Below, piece after piece: positions 9,438-19,098 of a stretch of 64,000 bases of DNA; position 1 is the first letter of the stretch, and every line of letters begins with the position of its first letter. This stretch comes from Alphaproteobacteria bacterium. Lineage in GTDB: Bacteria > Pseudomonadota > Alphaproteobacteria > UBA7985. The translations under genes and the position numbers were made by a program. The stretch is taken from positions 27,269-91,268 of the forward strand of contig CBFIIW010000008.1 in the NCBI GenBank assembly GCA_965662775.1. Reading direction: 5' to 3'. The notes beneath the pieces were generated by a model. It was not told the DNA's origin, did not search any database, and was given only the letters and a program-made list of their open reading frames with translations.

Positions 9438-11006
9438 ATGGCCAAACCCACGAAAAAGGCCACGATCATCGACGCGGAACCCGTCGAAGCGCCCGAGCCC
9501 AAGCGCGGGGTAAAGCATAAATCGAGCAGCGGCAGCGGAGAGCGCGCAGCCAGTAGCAACCAGACCGGCGCGCCGACTGCGGCGGCCGACAACCGTCCGC
9601 AGACCAGTGGTGGTCGCCTCGCCTTGATCCTGAGTGCCACGGCCCTGCTGATTAGCCTGATTGCGCTCGGGCTGGGCCTGTTCCCCCGGCCTGGAACGCC
9701 TGCGCCTGATACGGCGCCCGCTTTGAATCCTGGCGTCGACGTCGCAGCTGTCGCAGCGCTGGATGCACGGCTTGCGGCGCTCGAAGCTTCAACCCCTGAT
9801 AGCGCAGACCCACCGGTCATCGGCGCCATTAACGCCCGGCTGGCCGGGCTTGAATCAGAAACTGGCGCTGCACTGAGCCGACTAGACACGGCCCTTAATG
9901 CGCTGGATCAAGACATACAGGCGACGGCATTGGCGCTCGCAACGCTGCAGGCAACAACCTTAGCACTGTCTGCGCCCGCAGCTACCTCACCCCTAAGTGC
10001 GGCTGATTCAGGCGCAGTGGACATTGAAACCCTGACCTTGATCCGGGGTCAGCTTGCGGGCCTGTCTTTGTCAGTTGAAGGCAGCCTGACCCGTATTGGC
10101 GGGCTGTATGATGACCTGGCCGATCAGGGTGTGGAGATTGCCGCAACGCAGGCTCGCCTGCAATCTGTAGAGAGCTTGGGCGCGGACCTGCCGGCCCGGT
10201 TAGAGGCCGACCAGCAGGCGCTGGAAGCTGCACGCGGCGCTCTTTTGGCACAGCTCGAAGCACTGTCTGGCGCGTTGGATGAGGCCACAACTGCCAGAGA
10301 AGTCGAAGCTTTGGCAATACGTGCCGACCTGGGCAGCGCCATCGAGCAACTACGTTCCAGCGTTGAAGCGCGCTTGGCGGCGTTGGAAGCAGATGCCACG
10401 CAGCTGATGGATGATTTCCGCGCCGCGCAACAAGTTTCAGTGCAGGCCTCAACGCAGATCCTCGCAGCCTCACAGCTGCGCGATGCGCTGGCACAGGCCG
10501 CACCGATTCGACTGCATCTGCAGGCCTTGGTCGCCCTGCAGCCAACCGACCCTGCGCTACAGGCCGTGATCTCCGCGCTCAACGGTCCAGCCGCCGACCA
10601 ACGGGTAGCCACCGCAGACAATCTGGCTTCACGACTTATGGCGCTGAGCCCCGTTCTGGTGAATGAAACTCGCGTGAACGCTGCCGAGGGCCGGACGGGC
10701 AAACTACTCGCCCGGATTGCAGCATTGGTTAGTCTGGAACGTATCGGCGAAGCGGATGATCTGCCGGGAGTGGAGGGTGCACTAACGCGGGCACTTGTGC
10801 GCATCGAGGAAGGCGACTTCCACGATGCCTTGGCTGAGATTGAGGCTGTGCAAAGTGAGCTGCAGTTAGATGATGGAACCAGACAGCGGCTCACGCAGTT
10901 GCTGGAGGACCTGCGCCATCGCGCCGCCTATGGCGACCAGAATGCGGCCTTGCGCGGCTGGATCAGCGCGGCACTTGCTGCCGCTAGGGCGGGAGACCAG
11001 TCCTGA
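9438..11006 (+). CDS. Alphaproteobacterial Mic60/mitofilin homolog (HemX-position protein)
   Basis: 522 aa. A charged N-terminus is followed by a single TM helix (LALILSATALLISLIALGLGLF) and a long Ala/Leu/Gln-rich coiled-coil region, ending in a conserved C-terminal domain. Its position between hemD-like and hemY-like genes matches the published alpha-Mic60 neighbourhood. Confidence 0.65.
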   Translation: MAKPTKKATIIDAEPVEAPEPKRGVKHKSSSGSGERAASSNQTGAPTAAADNRPQTSGGRLALILSATALLISLIALGLGLFPRPGTPAPDTAPALNPGVDVAAVAALDARLAALEASTPDSADPPVIGAINARLAGLESETGAALSRLDTALNALDQDIQATALALATLQATTLALSAPAATSPLSAADSGAVDIETLTLIRGQLAGLSLSVEGSLTRIGGLYDDLADQGVEIAATQARLQSVESLGADLPARLEADQQALEAARGALLAQLEALSGALDEATTAREVEALAIRADLGSAIEQLRSSVEARLAALEADATQLMDDFRAAQQVSVQASTQILAASQLRDALAQAAPIRLHLQALVALQPTDPALQAVISALNGPAADQRVATADNLASRLMALSPVLVNETRVNAAEGRTGKLLARIAALVSLERIGEADDLPGVEGALTRALVRIEEGDFHDALAEIEAVQSELQLDDGTRQRLTQLLEDLRHRAAYGDQNAALRGWISAALAAARAGDQS

Positions 11007-11055
11007 ACATGGCGAATTTACTCAGACATCGCCCGTATAACAGGGACGTGCGATC

Positions 11056-12375
11056 ATGATCCGCTTTCTGTTGTTTGCCGTGGTCGCCGTCGCGCTGGTG
11101 GCGCTGGCGCTTATGTTCAGCCAGAATCCGGACTGGACGGCGCAATTTAAGGCTTTTGGGTATCAGATGACTCTGCCCTTCGGCCTGATGGTATTCCTCG
11201 GGCTGCTAGTGCTCTGGGCCTTTGGCTGGATCTATTTCCTGTTCCGGCGCGCGCTGGCGATGCCGGCCGAAGTCGCCCGCAATGCACGGATTTCGCGCCA
11301 GAATCGCGGATATAAGGCGCTGACACAAGGGTTGGTCGCGCTCTCAGCCGGTGATCCGGACGAAGCCGAAAAGCAGGCTCGCCGGGCAACGAAATTGCTT
11401 GATGAAACCCCGGCGACCCTTCTGCTGGTTGCCCAGTCCGCCCAGCTCAATGGCGACGAGGATGCAGCGGCTCGTTACTTCGAGACCATGACTGAGCAAC
11501 CAGAGACTGCCTTCCTCGGTTTGCGCGGATTGGTGATGCAAGCCGTTGCTCGCGGCGATCGCAAGGCAGTGGATGCGTTGCTGGACCGCGCCCGGAAGAT
11601 CCGCCCCAACGCCCCCTGGATCCTCGAACTTGACTATGACCTTAGCCTGCAGAACGGTCGGATCGACAATGCCCACAGGGCTGTAAAGCGCCTGAGCAAC
11701 CGGCACTTGCTCCCGGCTGCCGAAGCCGCAAAGCGGCTAGCGCTCGCCGAAACCGATATGGCCTTTCGGGCCGCCACTGACGATAACTGGCGCAAGGCGG
11801 TCGATCACTGCCGCCGCGCGCTGTCTGAGGAGGCTGACTTCCTACCTGCCCTTGGCCTAGCAGCACGTGCGTATCTGGAGCTTGGCCATCACCGCAAGGC
11901 ACGGGAATTGGCAGGACAGGCTTGGGCCCAGCGTCCGACATCACGGGTTGCGACGACTTTTTTGCAGGCTGCTACACCGGAAAATGCAACCGCTAAGCGT
12001 GCGGCCATTACCGACCTTACGGCACACAACGAGACAGCCTTGTTTAGCCTGTATCTGCTTGCAGAAGCCGCGATCGAGGCAGGGGATCGAGAAGCCGCCG
12101 CCGTGGCCATTGACACGCTGTCTCAATCCGGTGCGCCCGTCGGTTTCAGTGCGCTGGCCCTGCGGCTTGACGCCTTGCGGGCGCGAGGTGTCGACCCGAC
12201 ACCCACCCCACTGACCGGGCATAGCCTGCCGGTTGAACCGCTGGTCTGCCTTAACTGTGGGACCGAGCACGATCACTGGCGCGCAGTCTGCCAGCACTGT
12301 AGCGCTAGCGGGATGATTGCTCTGCCGACCCGGCCACCGGAAAGCCCGCCGAAGATGCTGCCGCCGGCGCTCTAG
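11056..12375 (+). CDS. HemY-like TPR membrane protein (HemY_N domain protein)
   Basis: Two N-terminal TM helices (MIRFLLFAVVAVALVALALMF...; MVFLGLLVLWAFGWIYFLF) are followed by TPR repeats and a C-terminal Cys-rich zinc-ribbon (CLNCGTEHDHWRAVCQHC). Confidence 0.75.
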   Translation: MIRFLLFAVVAVALVALALMFSQNPDWTAQFKAFGYQMTLPFGLMVFLGLLVLWAFGWIYFLFRRALAMPAEVARNARISRQNRGYKALTQGLVALSAGDPDEAEKQARRATKLLDETPATLLLVAQSAQLNGDEDAAARYFETMTEQPETAFLGLRGLVMQAVARGDRKAVDALLDRARKIRPNAPWILELDYDLSLQNGRIDNAHRAVKRLSNRHLLPAAEAAKRLALAETDMAFRAATDDNWRKAVDHCRRALSEEADFLPALGLAARAYLELGHHRKARELAGQAWAQRPTSRVATTFLQAATPENATAKRAAITDLTAHNETALFSLYLLAEAAIEAGDREAAAVAIDTLSQSGAPVGFSALALRLDALRARGVDPTPTPLTGHSLPVEPLVCLNCGTEHDHWRAVCQHCSASGMIALPTRPPESPPKMLPPAL

Positions 12376-12408
12376 TCTAAACGAAGCATAAAGGTTTGCC
12401 GCCTTAAC

Positions 12409-12888
12409 CTATCCAGCGGCCATCAAGGGTGCGCTCAGACACTTCAGGGAGAAGGCTCCGGCGGTCTCACCCCATAGCCGCGGGCGCAGATCGGCACCAG
12501 CGCCAGCCGCACCACCGTTATCAGTGGCAAGCTTTTCAAGTGCGCGGAGTACAGCCCGTCGCATCATGGGTGAGGTCAAATCCCGCCGTGCCGTTACTGT
12601 CATGGAGAGATAACATTTTTGGCGCACCGCCTGCCGTTCGTCACACAGGCTGAAAAACCAGGGACCGGCGGCATTGAAAGGCGGGAGAGCCGAGACATCG
12701 CAGATCGACTGCTCAGACACGGGCGCGCCATCTGAGGAGGTAAAGGCTGCATCTCGGAACTGAGCGCGGGACTGCCCCGCAAAGACCCCCATCAGAAAGC
12801 ACAGAAGCAGGCACTGCGCCGCAAGGGTCGCCGAGGAACTGGTAATTTTCCTGATCGATGTCATTCGAATTGTCATGCCGGTCAGCAA
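12409..12888 (-). CDS. Hypothetical Cys-containing secreted/membrane protein
   Basis: 159 aa. A signal-peptide-like segment (SSSATLAAQCLLLCFLMGVFAGQSRAQ) is present and the gene has an AT-rich upstream region. No family was recognised, so the coding status is only moderately supported. Confidence 0.4.
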   Translation of the reverse strand: MLTGMTIRMTSIRKITSSSATLAAQCLLLCFLMGVFAGQSRAQFRDAAFTSSDGAPVSEQSICDVSALPPFNAAGPWFFSLCDERQAVRQKCYLSMTVTARRDLTSPMMRRAVLRALEKLATDNGGAAGAGADLRPRLWGETAGAFSLKCLSAPLMAAG

Positions 12889-12925
12889 GCGGGAGAAATA
12901 ATTTTAATGCACGAAAACGATAATT

Positions 12926-12959
12926 TATGCGCAATAAACCTATTTCAACGCGCATAAAA
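12926..12959. promoter_or_regulatory. Direct repeat of a GCGCA(A)TAA motif (TATGCGCAATAA ... ACGCGCATAAAA, 22 bp apart) in an AT-rich intergenic region
   Basis: Seen directly in the sequence. Nearly the same pair occurs at 60754..60786. Confidence 0.25.
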
Positions 12960-13014
12960 TCTCTTTTTAAGAGAATTAGAGCTTTAAATGACTATATAAA
13001 GAAGAATCGACTGC

Positions 13015-13611
13015 TTATAGCGAAGCGAGGAGACGTAGCTTGTCGAGTGCAATTTGATGGTTTTCGCGATAAGCGATAGTTCCACGAAACTGGCCATGGC
13101 GATCAACCAGGAACACGGATGCCGTATGATCGACTGTATAGTCGCCATCGTCTATCGGCACCTTTTTGATGTACACGCCCCACGATTGCGCGAGGGTCTC
13201 GATGGCCGAGAGCGGCCCAGTGATGCCACGAATATTCTCGCCAAAAGGAGCGATGTACTCACCCATCACAGCTGGACTGTCGCGCTCTGGATCGACGCTG
13301 ATGAAAAACGCCTGCAGATCGCGTTTTTCCGGCCCCAGTTCATCCATAAGAGTTGAGATTTCAAACAGCGAAACTGGGCAGATTTCCGGACACTGCGTAA
13401 AACCGAAGAACAGCACTGTAGGACGACCGAAAAAGGCGGCTTCAGTGATGGCTGCACCGTCAGAGTCAATCAGGCTGAAGGCAGAGCCTAGAACCGGCGC
13501 TGTCGAAGCCTGTTGCTGATTGCTGCGGTTCACCACATAGCCCGCAATCGCAACCGCCATAACGGCGGCGAGAATACCGAGCCAGAGGACGCGTCGCCAA
13601 TTCCCCATCAT
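13015..13611 (-). CDS. SCO1/SenC family copper chaperone (thioredoxin-like)
   Basis: An N-terminal TM anchor, a CPEICP (CxxxC) motif and the conserved His-containing C-terminal half are present. Confidence 0.9.
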   Translation of the reverse strand: MMGNWRRVLWLGILAAVMAVAIAGYVVNRSNQQQASTAPVLGSAFSLIDSDGAAITEAAFFGRPTVLFFGFTQCPEICPVSLFEISTLMDELGPEKRDLQAFFISVDPERDSPAVMGEYIAPFGENIRGITGPLSAIETLAQSWGVYIKKVPIDDGDYTVDHTASVFLVDRHGQFRGTIAYRENHQIALDKLRLLASL

Positions 13612-14189
13612 TTGTGACTGTGGCTTTCGTCGTTGTGATCGTCGTTCGCACCACCATTTTTGTCGTGGCTTGCCTGATCACCATGACCCATGTGGTCGCC
13701 GCTGTTCCTCATCCGATCCATGCTGTCTCGCATGGACAGAACCTCCAGCGTTGCATCAAGTTCGCCGGCGCGCTCAAACACCAAGACGATATCCAGCATC
13801 TCGCCCGCGACGTGTTGCTGGTTCAGCTGCATAAACATCAAATGAAGGCCACCGGGTCGAAGCTCCAAAATCGCACCCGGCTCAATCAACAGTGGCTCCT
13901 CGACCGGGCGCATGACCATAACGTCGTCTTGCATCGCCATCGTGTGAACCTCAGACATGCCGGCGTGTTCTGCTCGGACGGCAAGCAGACGGTCGGGGAC
14001 CTGCCCATGATTCATGACGGTCAAGTAGCCGCCTCCGACCCGCGCTCCAGCGGTCGTTTCACGGCTCCACCCGTCCTTGATCCTTAAGCCGTTCATGCCA
14101 TCGGCAAGAGCGCTGATGAAAAGTCCCAGAAAGACAGCAAAGACCAGCCCGCAAAGAGGCGCTATCATGTGCGAGGAAAGTTGCTTCAT
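13608..14189 (-). CDS. Periplasmic copper chaperone PCu(A)C (DUF461) with a His-rich C-terminal tail
   Basis: A signal peptide is followed by the YLTVMNHG...HAGMSEVHTMAMQDDVMVM Met/His copper-binding motifs. The C-terminal tail HMGHGDQASHDKNGGANDDHNDESHSHK is His-rich. The stop overlaps the SCO1 start (ATGA), so the two genes form an operon. The start is placed at MKQLSS (an alternative upstream ATG lies at 14225). Confidence 0.85.
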   Translation of the reverse strand: MKQLSSHMIAPLCGLVFAVFLGLFISALADGMNGLRIKDGWSRETTAGARVGGGYLTVMNHGQVPDRLLAVRAEHAGMSEVHTMAMQDDVMVMRPVEEPLLIEPGAILELRPGGLHLMFMQLNQQHVAGEMLDIVLVFERAGELDATLEVLSMRDSMDRMRNSGDHMGHGDQASHDKNGGANDDHNDESHSHK

Positions 14190-14573
14190 GCTGCGCAAAC
14201 AACCTTGTGTCAGCTTCAGGGTCAAGCCTCAGTCCTACGAATCTTTGGCGGATTTAAAGATCGCAGCGATTGCCAATCCACGAGCTGGGAATGACACCGG
14301 ACTTCTTCAGCGCACACCCTAAGTCAAATGTCTCTAAATTAGACAGAAAGCCCGAATTTTCGCGATGGATATGAATTTTAGGATGTTTGAGGTTAAAAAT
14401 TATTCCGAAACGCGTAATGTTGCGCTAAGGCGCAGGGGCTAAGGAGGTTTCGGGATAGCAATCCTTAACAGGGGAAGCGGTGCGCTGGTCGACGCCAGCC
14501 GTCCGAGCCCTGTTGGACGTGTGCCGGGACTCCACAAAGCAAACCCATAAATTCCACCTGGAGCCCAAGTCCC

Positions 14574-15008
14574 ATGGAAGAACTACAGATTTTCAATGCT
14601 CAGACCCAAGGCTACGTCGCCAACGGCCTGTTCCAGATCGCCGTCATCATCGGTGTCTTCATCGCGTTCCGTGCGGCGCGCTTTGCCCGCCAGAACAACA
14701 TCATAGCAAAAGGGCTGGTGTCGCTGTTTAGCATTATCATTGGTTTCTTCAGCCTGAGCGTCGGTTCTCTGCGTCCTCAGTTGGAGCAACTTACGGCCAT
14801 CCGTCTGGCAGATGCACAAGCGGCGGGGGCAACACTCTCTGCTAACGCACAGGCTTTCATCTCTAACCTAGGCGCTTCAGCCGGTGATGTGCTGCCTGCG
14901 CAGCAGAACCTGTTCGGTGACATCGGTACAGTGGCTTTCACCGTGATCTTCCTGCTCATCGCACTGGGCACGATCTGGCTGCCGAATACCGATTTCTCTG
15001 AGAAGTAG
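14574..15008 (+). CDS. Hypothetical small membrane protein (about 3 TM helices)
   Basis: 144 aa with hydrophobic helices (LFQIAVIIGVFIAF; LVSLFSIIIGFFSL; TVAFTVIFLLIALGTIWL). No family was recognised. It is divergent from the PCu(A)C-SCO1 operon. Confidence 0.5.
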   Translation: MEELQIFNAQTQGYVANGLFQIAVIIGVFIAFRAARFARQNNIIAKGLVSLFSIIIGFFSLSVGSLRPQLEQLTAIRLADAQAAGATLSANAQAFISNLGASAGDVLPAQQNLFGDIGTVAFTVIFLLIALGTIWLPNTDFSEK

Positions 15009-15284
15009 GTAAGCCATTCTTCTTGCCCGATCTTTGCGGGCCTGACGGGCGGGTGAGACTGATAGCGGTCTCCCCGCCCGATTCATTTTATCCCTTTGAT
15101 TGACTGCGATGACCAAGGGGCGCTTTGGTGCCTTGTTCATCGGTATCCAAGGCTAGGCACCAGCAATCGCAGTCTGTACTCTGATACTCCCTGCGCAGGG
15201 CCTCAGACGGCGGTCGTCGACCCCATCCGCCGCGATCTTCCGCTGTAGCCGCTGCGCGAACGAACGACTGATGGACCGCGATTC

Positions 15285-16730
15285 ATGTATCTTGGATTAG
15301 ACCTTGGCACGTCAGGGCTGAAGGCGCTGCTGCTGGACGAGGGCCACAGCGTAGTAGCTGTTGCCACAGCACCACTGGAGACCGCACGCCCTGCGCCAGG
15401 ATGGTCCGAGCAGGATCCAGCTGACTGGATTGCCGCGTGTAACCAAGTATTGAAAGAGCTGAGCGCGCATCTTGGTGCGGTCAGGGCCATTGGTATCGCC
15501 GGACACATGCACGGGGTGGTCCTGCTCGATGCCGCCGGGGACGTGGTGCGTCCCTGCCTGCTCTGGAACGACACCCGGGCCGGCCTGCAGACCGCTGCCT
15601 TGGACGCCAACCCGCAGTTTCGCAGCATTTCCGGCACCATCGTTTTCCCTGGCTTTTCAGCGCCTAAGATGGCCTGGGTCCGGGATCACGAGCCCGACCA
15701 CTGGGCGCAGACCAAGCACGTGCTGTTTCCAAAAGATTTCCTCGCCTACTGGCTCACCGGCGCATTGCACGGCGAACCGTCTGATGCCGCCGGATCCGCG
15801 CTGTTCGACCCGGCCAAGGGCGACTGGAGCCCGGCCTTGTGCGCTGCGGCCGGTCTTTCAGCCGAACGCCTGCCCCCGATCATCAACAGCGACAGCGCTC
15901 GCGGATCAGTGCGCGAGGAGATTGCTGCGCAGTTTGGCCTAAACCCGGCCTGCGTGGTTGCAGGCGGCGCCGGTGATAATGCCGCTGCCAGCCTTGGCAT
16001 TGGCGCTGTCAACGACGGTGAGGGCCAGGTATCGCTCGGTACATCTGGCGTGCTGCTTGTCGTCAACGAACGCTGGACCCCCGACCCCGATACAGCCGTT
16101 CACAGCTTCAGCCACGCAGCCACCAACCAGTTCATACAGATGGGCGTCACGCTGACCGCGACCGACAGCCTGAGCTGGCTTGCCGGGCTCTTGGGTGAAG
16201 AGGCGGGCGGCTTGTCAGCGCAACTACCAGAGACCGCCGATGGACCGGGTTCGGTGCTCTTCCTTCCCTATCTTGCCGGGGAGCGAACCCCCCACAATCT
16301 GGACCAACCGGCGGGTGGCTTCTTTGGCCTCAGCCGAAACGATGGCCCGCTGGAGATGGCGCGTGCGGTGATGGAGGGCGTGGCCTACAGCCTCGCCGAC
16401 TGCGCCGTAGCCCTGACCGCCGCTGGTGCTCGGGTCGAGAAACTCACCGCCGTGGGCGGTGGCGCGCGATCCGGTTTCTGGCTGCAGACCCTGGCTGACG
16501 TGCTGGAAAGGCCACTGGCGCTGAACCCCAATGCTGAGCACGCCGCAGCACTAGGCGGGGCGCGATTGGCCATGGCGGCGGCCCGCGGGCACAGCGTGAT
16601 CGACGTTGTCGCCGCCGCGCCAACCCCCGGTGATCTGGAGACCATCCAGCCCCGGCCCGAAACCTTCACCGCCTACCGCACCGCCGTGCAGCGTTACCGC
16701 GATTTGTTCAACGCCTTGAAGGAGGTTTAA
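15285..16730 (+). CDS. xylB: Xylulokinase (FGGY kinase)
   Basis: [18 protein letters not shown]...; the FGGY N- and C-terminal domains are present. Confidence 0.9.
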   Translation: MYLGLDLGTSGLKALLLDEGHSVVAVATAPLETARPAPGWSEQDPADWIAACNQVLKELSAHLGAVRAIGIAGHMHGVVLLDAAGDVVRPCLLWNDTRAGLQTAALDANPQFRSISGTIVFPGFSAPKMAWVRDHEPDHWAQTKHVLFPKDFLAYWLTGALHGEPSDAAGSALFDPAKGDWSPALCAAAGLSAERLPPIINSDSARGSVREEIAAQFGLNPACVVAGGAGDNAAASLGIGAVNDGEGQVSLGTSGVLLVVNERWTPDPDTAVHSFSHAATNQFIQMGVTLTATDSLSWLAGLLGEEAGGLSAQLPETADGPGSVLFLPYLAGERTPHNLDQPAGGFFGLSRNDGPLEMARAVMEGVAYSLADCAVALTAAGARVEKLTAVGGGARSGFWLQTLADVLERPLALNPNAEHAAALGGARLAMAAARGHSVIDVVAAAPTPGDLETIQPRPETFTAYRTAVQRYRDLFNALKEV

Positions 16731-16735
16731 CACCC

Positions 16736-18052
16736 GTGTCGTATTTTGATCTGGACCAACCCATCGACTTTGAGGGCACAGCATCCGGCAACCCCCTCGC
16801 GTTTCGCCACTACGATGCGGACGAACGCATCATGGGCAAGACCCTCGCTGAGCACCTACGTTTCGCGGTCTGCTATTGGCACAACATGGTGTGGGAAGGC
16901 AGCGACGTGTTCGGGGCGAACGCCTTTCCCCGTGCCTGGAATGCCGCCACACAGGGCAGCCCCATGGACGTGGCCCGCGCCCGTGCCGACGCAGCCTTTG
17001 AGATGTTCACCGCTTTGGGCGTGCCCTTCTTCTGCTTCCACGACGTTGACGCGCGACCAGAGGGCGATAGCTTCGCCGAGAGTGACCGCAACCTGCGTGA
17101 GATCGCTGACGTTCTAGCCGGCAAGATGCAAGATACTGGCGTCAAGTTGCTGTGGGGGACGGCGAACCTGTTCAGCCACCCGCGGTTTATGGCCGGGGCA
17201 GCCACCAATCCTGACCCAGCGGTCTACGCCTACGCGGCAGCGACCGTGGCCAGTTGTCTGGACGTGACGCACCAGCTAGGCGGGGAGAACTACGTGCTCT
17301 GGGGCGGTCGCGAGGGCTATGAGACGCTGCTCAACACCGACTTAAGCCGGGAGCTGGACCAGATGGGCCGCTTCCTCAATCAAGTGGTCGAATACAAGCA
17401 CCGGATCGGCTTCAAGGGTACGATTCTGATCGAGCCTAAGCCGCAGGAACCAACCAAGCACCAGTACGATTACGACGTTGCTACGGTCTACAGCTTTTTG
17501 CGCCGCCACGGTCTGGAGAACGAAGTACGGGTCAATATCGAGCAGGGACACGCAATCCTCGCCGGGCATACCTTCGAGCACGAAATCGCACTGGCCCAGT
17601 CGCTGGGCATCTTCGGTTCGATCGACATGAACCGCAACGACTACCAGTCCGGTTGGGACACTGACCAGTTCCCGAACAACGTGCCGGAAGTGGCACTGGC
17701 CTACTACGAGATCCTTCGGGGTGGAGGTTTCACCAGCGGCGGGACCAATTTCGACGCTAAACTACGCCGACAGAGCATAGATCCGCTGGATCTTCTGATG
17801 GCCCACATCGGCGGCATGGACGCCTGCGCTCGGGGGCTCAAGGCTGCGGCAGCGATGCTCGAAGACGGCGCACTGAGCGATCCGATGGCACAGCGCTATG
17901 CCGGTTGGAATGATCCGTTGGGCGCGCAGTGCTTGTCACCCAGCACGACGCTGGACGGCCTGCGGGACACCGTGACGGGGGACGATCTTCGGCCCCAACC
18001 CGTTTCCGGCCGGCAGGAGTTGCTGGAAAACATCGTCAACCGATACGTCTGA
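16736..18052 (+). CDS. xylA: Xylose isomerase
   Basis: 438 aa. The TIM-barrel xylose isomerase signatures (FCFHD...; WGGREGY; metal-binding His/Glu/Asp residues) are present. Confidence 0.95.
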   Translation: MSYFDLDQPIDFEGTASGNPLAFRHYDADERIMGKTLAEHLRFAVCYWHNMVWEGSDVFGANAFPRAWNAATQGSPMDVARARADAAFEMFTALGVPFFCFHDVDARPEGDSFAESDRNLREIADVLAGKMQDTGVKLLWGTANLFSHPRFMAGAATNPDPAVYAYAAATVASCLDVTHQLGGENYVLWGGREGYETLLNTDLSRELDQMGRFLNQVVEYKHRIGFKGTILIEPKPQEPTKHQYDYDVATVYSFLRRHGLENEVRVNIEQGHAILAGHTFEHEIALAQSLGIFGSIDMNRNDYQSGWDTDQFPNNVPEVALAYYEILRGGGFTSGGTNFDAKLRRQSIDPLDLLMAHIGGMDACARGLKAAAAMLEDGALSDPMAQRYAGWNDPLGAQCLSPSTTLDGLRDTVTGDDLRPQPVSGRQELLENIVNRYV

Positions 18053-18063
18053 GCAAAAAAAAC

Positions 18064-18096
18064 GCGCCAGCGCGGCAATCGGCAGCGCTGGCGCGG
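18064..18096. terminator. Perfect 11-bp-stem hairpin (CGCGCCAGCGC / GCGCTGGCGCG) flanked by an A8 run, between convergent genes
   Basis: Seen in the sequence. The A-run reads as a T-run on the minus strand, so this is a classic intrinsic terminator for the minus-strand gene ending at 18164. It probably also acts as the xylA stop signal. Confidence 0.6.
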
Positions 18097-18125
18097 TCAC
18101 GGTCACGGTCACGGTCACGGTCAGA
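18096..18125. repeat. Hexanucleotide tandem repeat (GGTCAC)x4 + GGTCAG
   Basis: Seen directly in the sequence (ggtcacggtcacggtcacggtcacggtcag), immediately 3' of the hairpin. Confidence 0.9.
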
Positions 18126-18163
18126 GAGCGGCTCTCGTTCGCGGCCGTCCTGATCGGGTGATC

Positions 18164-18574
18164 CTAGGCGTAGACGATGTCCTGCATACTAAACAGCAAA
18201 AAGGCGTAGCCCACGCTGAACACCAGTGGTGCTACGACGGGCTCGAACGTGTACTTCACGCCTTCATCGACACCAGCTTTAGACTGGATCGACCACAGGC
18301 TGAGCAACGCCGCAATCACGCCCTGCGTCAGGAAGAAGGCGAACAGCGGCCAAGCCCCGGTCGCACCGCTAAACAGAATCACGAGGTGCAGAATCAACGC
18401 ACCAGCCGCAAACGAACCAAGGAAACGCCCCATAATCAGGGCGGAGTGGTTCATGTTGAACCGATCGAAAAAGGCACGTGTGCCAAAGACCATCTGGAAA
18501 GCGTAAACGGCCCACCCGACCGTAAGCACCAGAAAGATGATGAGATTGAGTATGTTACCAAAGTTAGAGACCAT
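18164..18574 (-). CDS. Hypothetical 4-TM membrane protein
   Basis: 136 aa, strongly hydrophobic (ILNLIIFLVLTVGWAVYAF...; AAGALILHLVILFSG...). No family was recognised. It is divergent from the GtrA-like gene, with an AT-rich intergenic region between them. Confidence 0.55.
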   Translation of the reverse strand: MVSNFGNILNLIIFLVLTVGWAVYAFQMVFGTRAFFDRFNMNHSALIMGRFLGSFAAGALILHLVILFSGATGAWPLFAFFLTQGVIAALLSLWSIQSKAGVDEGVKYTFEPVVAPLVFSVGYAFLLFSMQDIVYA

Positions 18575-18683
18575 CGTTCCCTCCCGGGATTAAGGTTACA
18601 GTCCGAATTCACTTGTACATTACACGACTGCATAATTAGTGCATTTTCATTAATTGATCAAAATGAAATGAACTGCCGACGCA

Positions 18684-19088
18684 GTGACGGAGACAAATTT
18701 GGCACAGAATACCGCCGCGCAATTCATCCGCTACATGATCGTCGCGCTCGCCTCGTTCACCGGCCAGTATCTGGCCTTTGGTCTGATGATGTCGATGCTC
18801 GACCTCTACCCCACGCTGGCCTCCGCCCTTGGTTATCTGGTCGGGTCCGTGATCAACTATGTCCTGAACTACATCTATTCATTTCGGAGCCAGCATCGGC
18901 ACGGCAGCACGATCCTGCGGTTCTATGGCGCCGTGGCTTTCGGATTTTGCATCAATACGTCGTGCATGTTCGGTCTCAGCGAGCTGCTGGCGTTCGGAAT
19001 CTGGCCGTCACAGGTGATCGCGTCGGTGGTCACCGTAACGCTGAATTTCTGGGTCATGAAATGGCTGGTGTTTGATCGCACCGCCTGA
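18684..19088 (+). CDS. GtrA family protein (polysaccharide-synthesis / glycosyl-lipid translocase-like)
   Basis: 134 aa, 4 TM helices, with the typical GtrA architecture (...FIRYMIVALASFTGQYLAF...VGSVINYVLNYIYSFR...VTVTLNFWVMKWLVF). No cognate GtrB/GtrC glycosyltransferase gene is nearby. Confidence 0.7.
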   Translation: MTETNLAQNTAAQFIRYMIVALASFTGQYLAFGLMMSMLDLYPTLASALGYLVGSVINYVLNYIYSFRSQHRHGSTILRFYGAVAFGFCINTSCMFGLSELLAFGIWPSQVIASVVTVTLNFWVMKWLVFDRTA

Positions 19089-19098
19089 CCCAGGCCGC

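Noticed and set aside
8582-9889. A 435-aa minus-strand ORF (Arg/Ala/Ser-rich) spanning the hemD-like and mic60 genes, plus the nested ORF 8622..8969.
   Set aside because: This is a typical high-GC antisense open frame. Its composition is Arg/Ala-rich with no motifs, and it is anticodon to two well-supported plus-strand genes.
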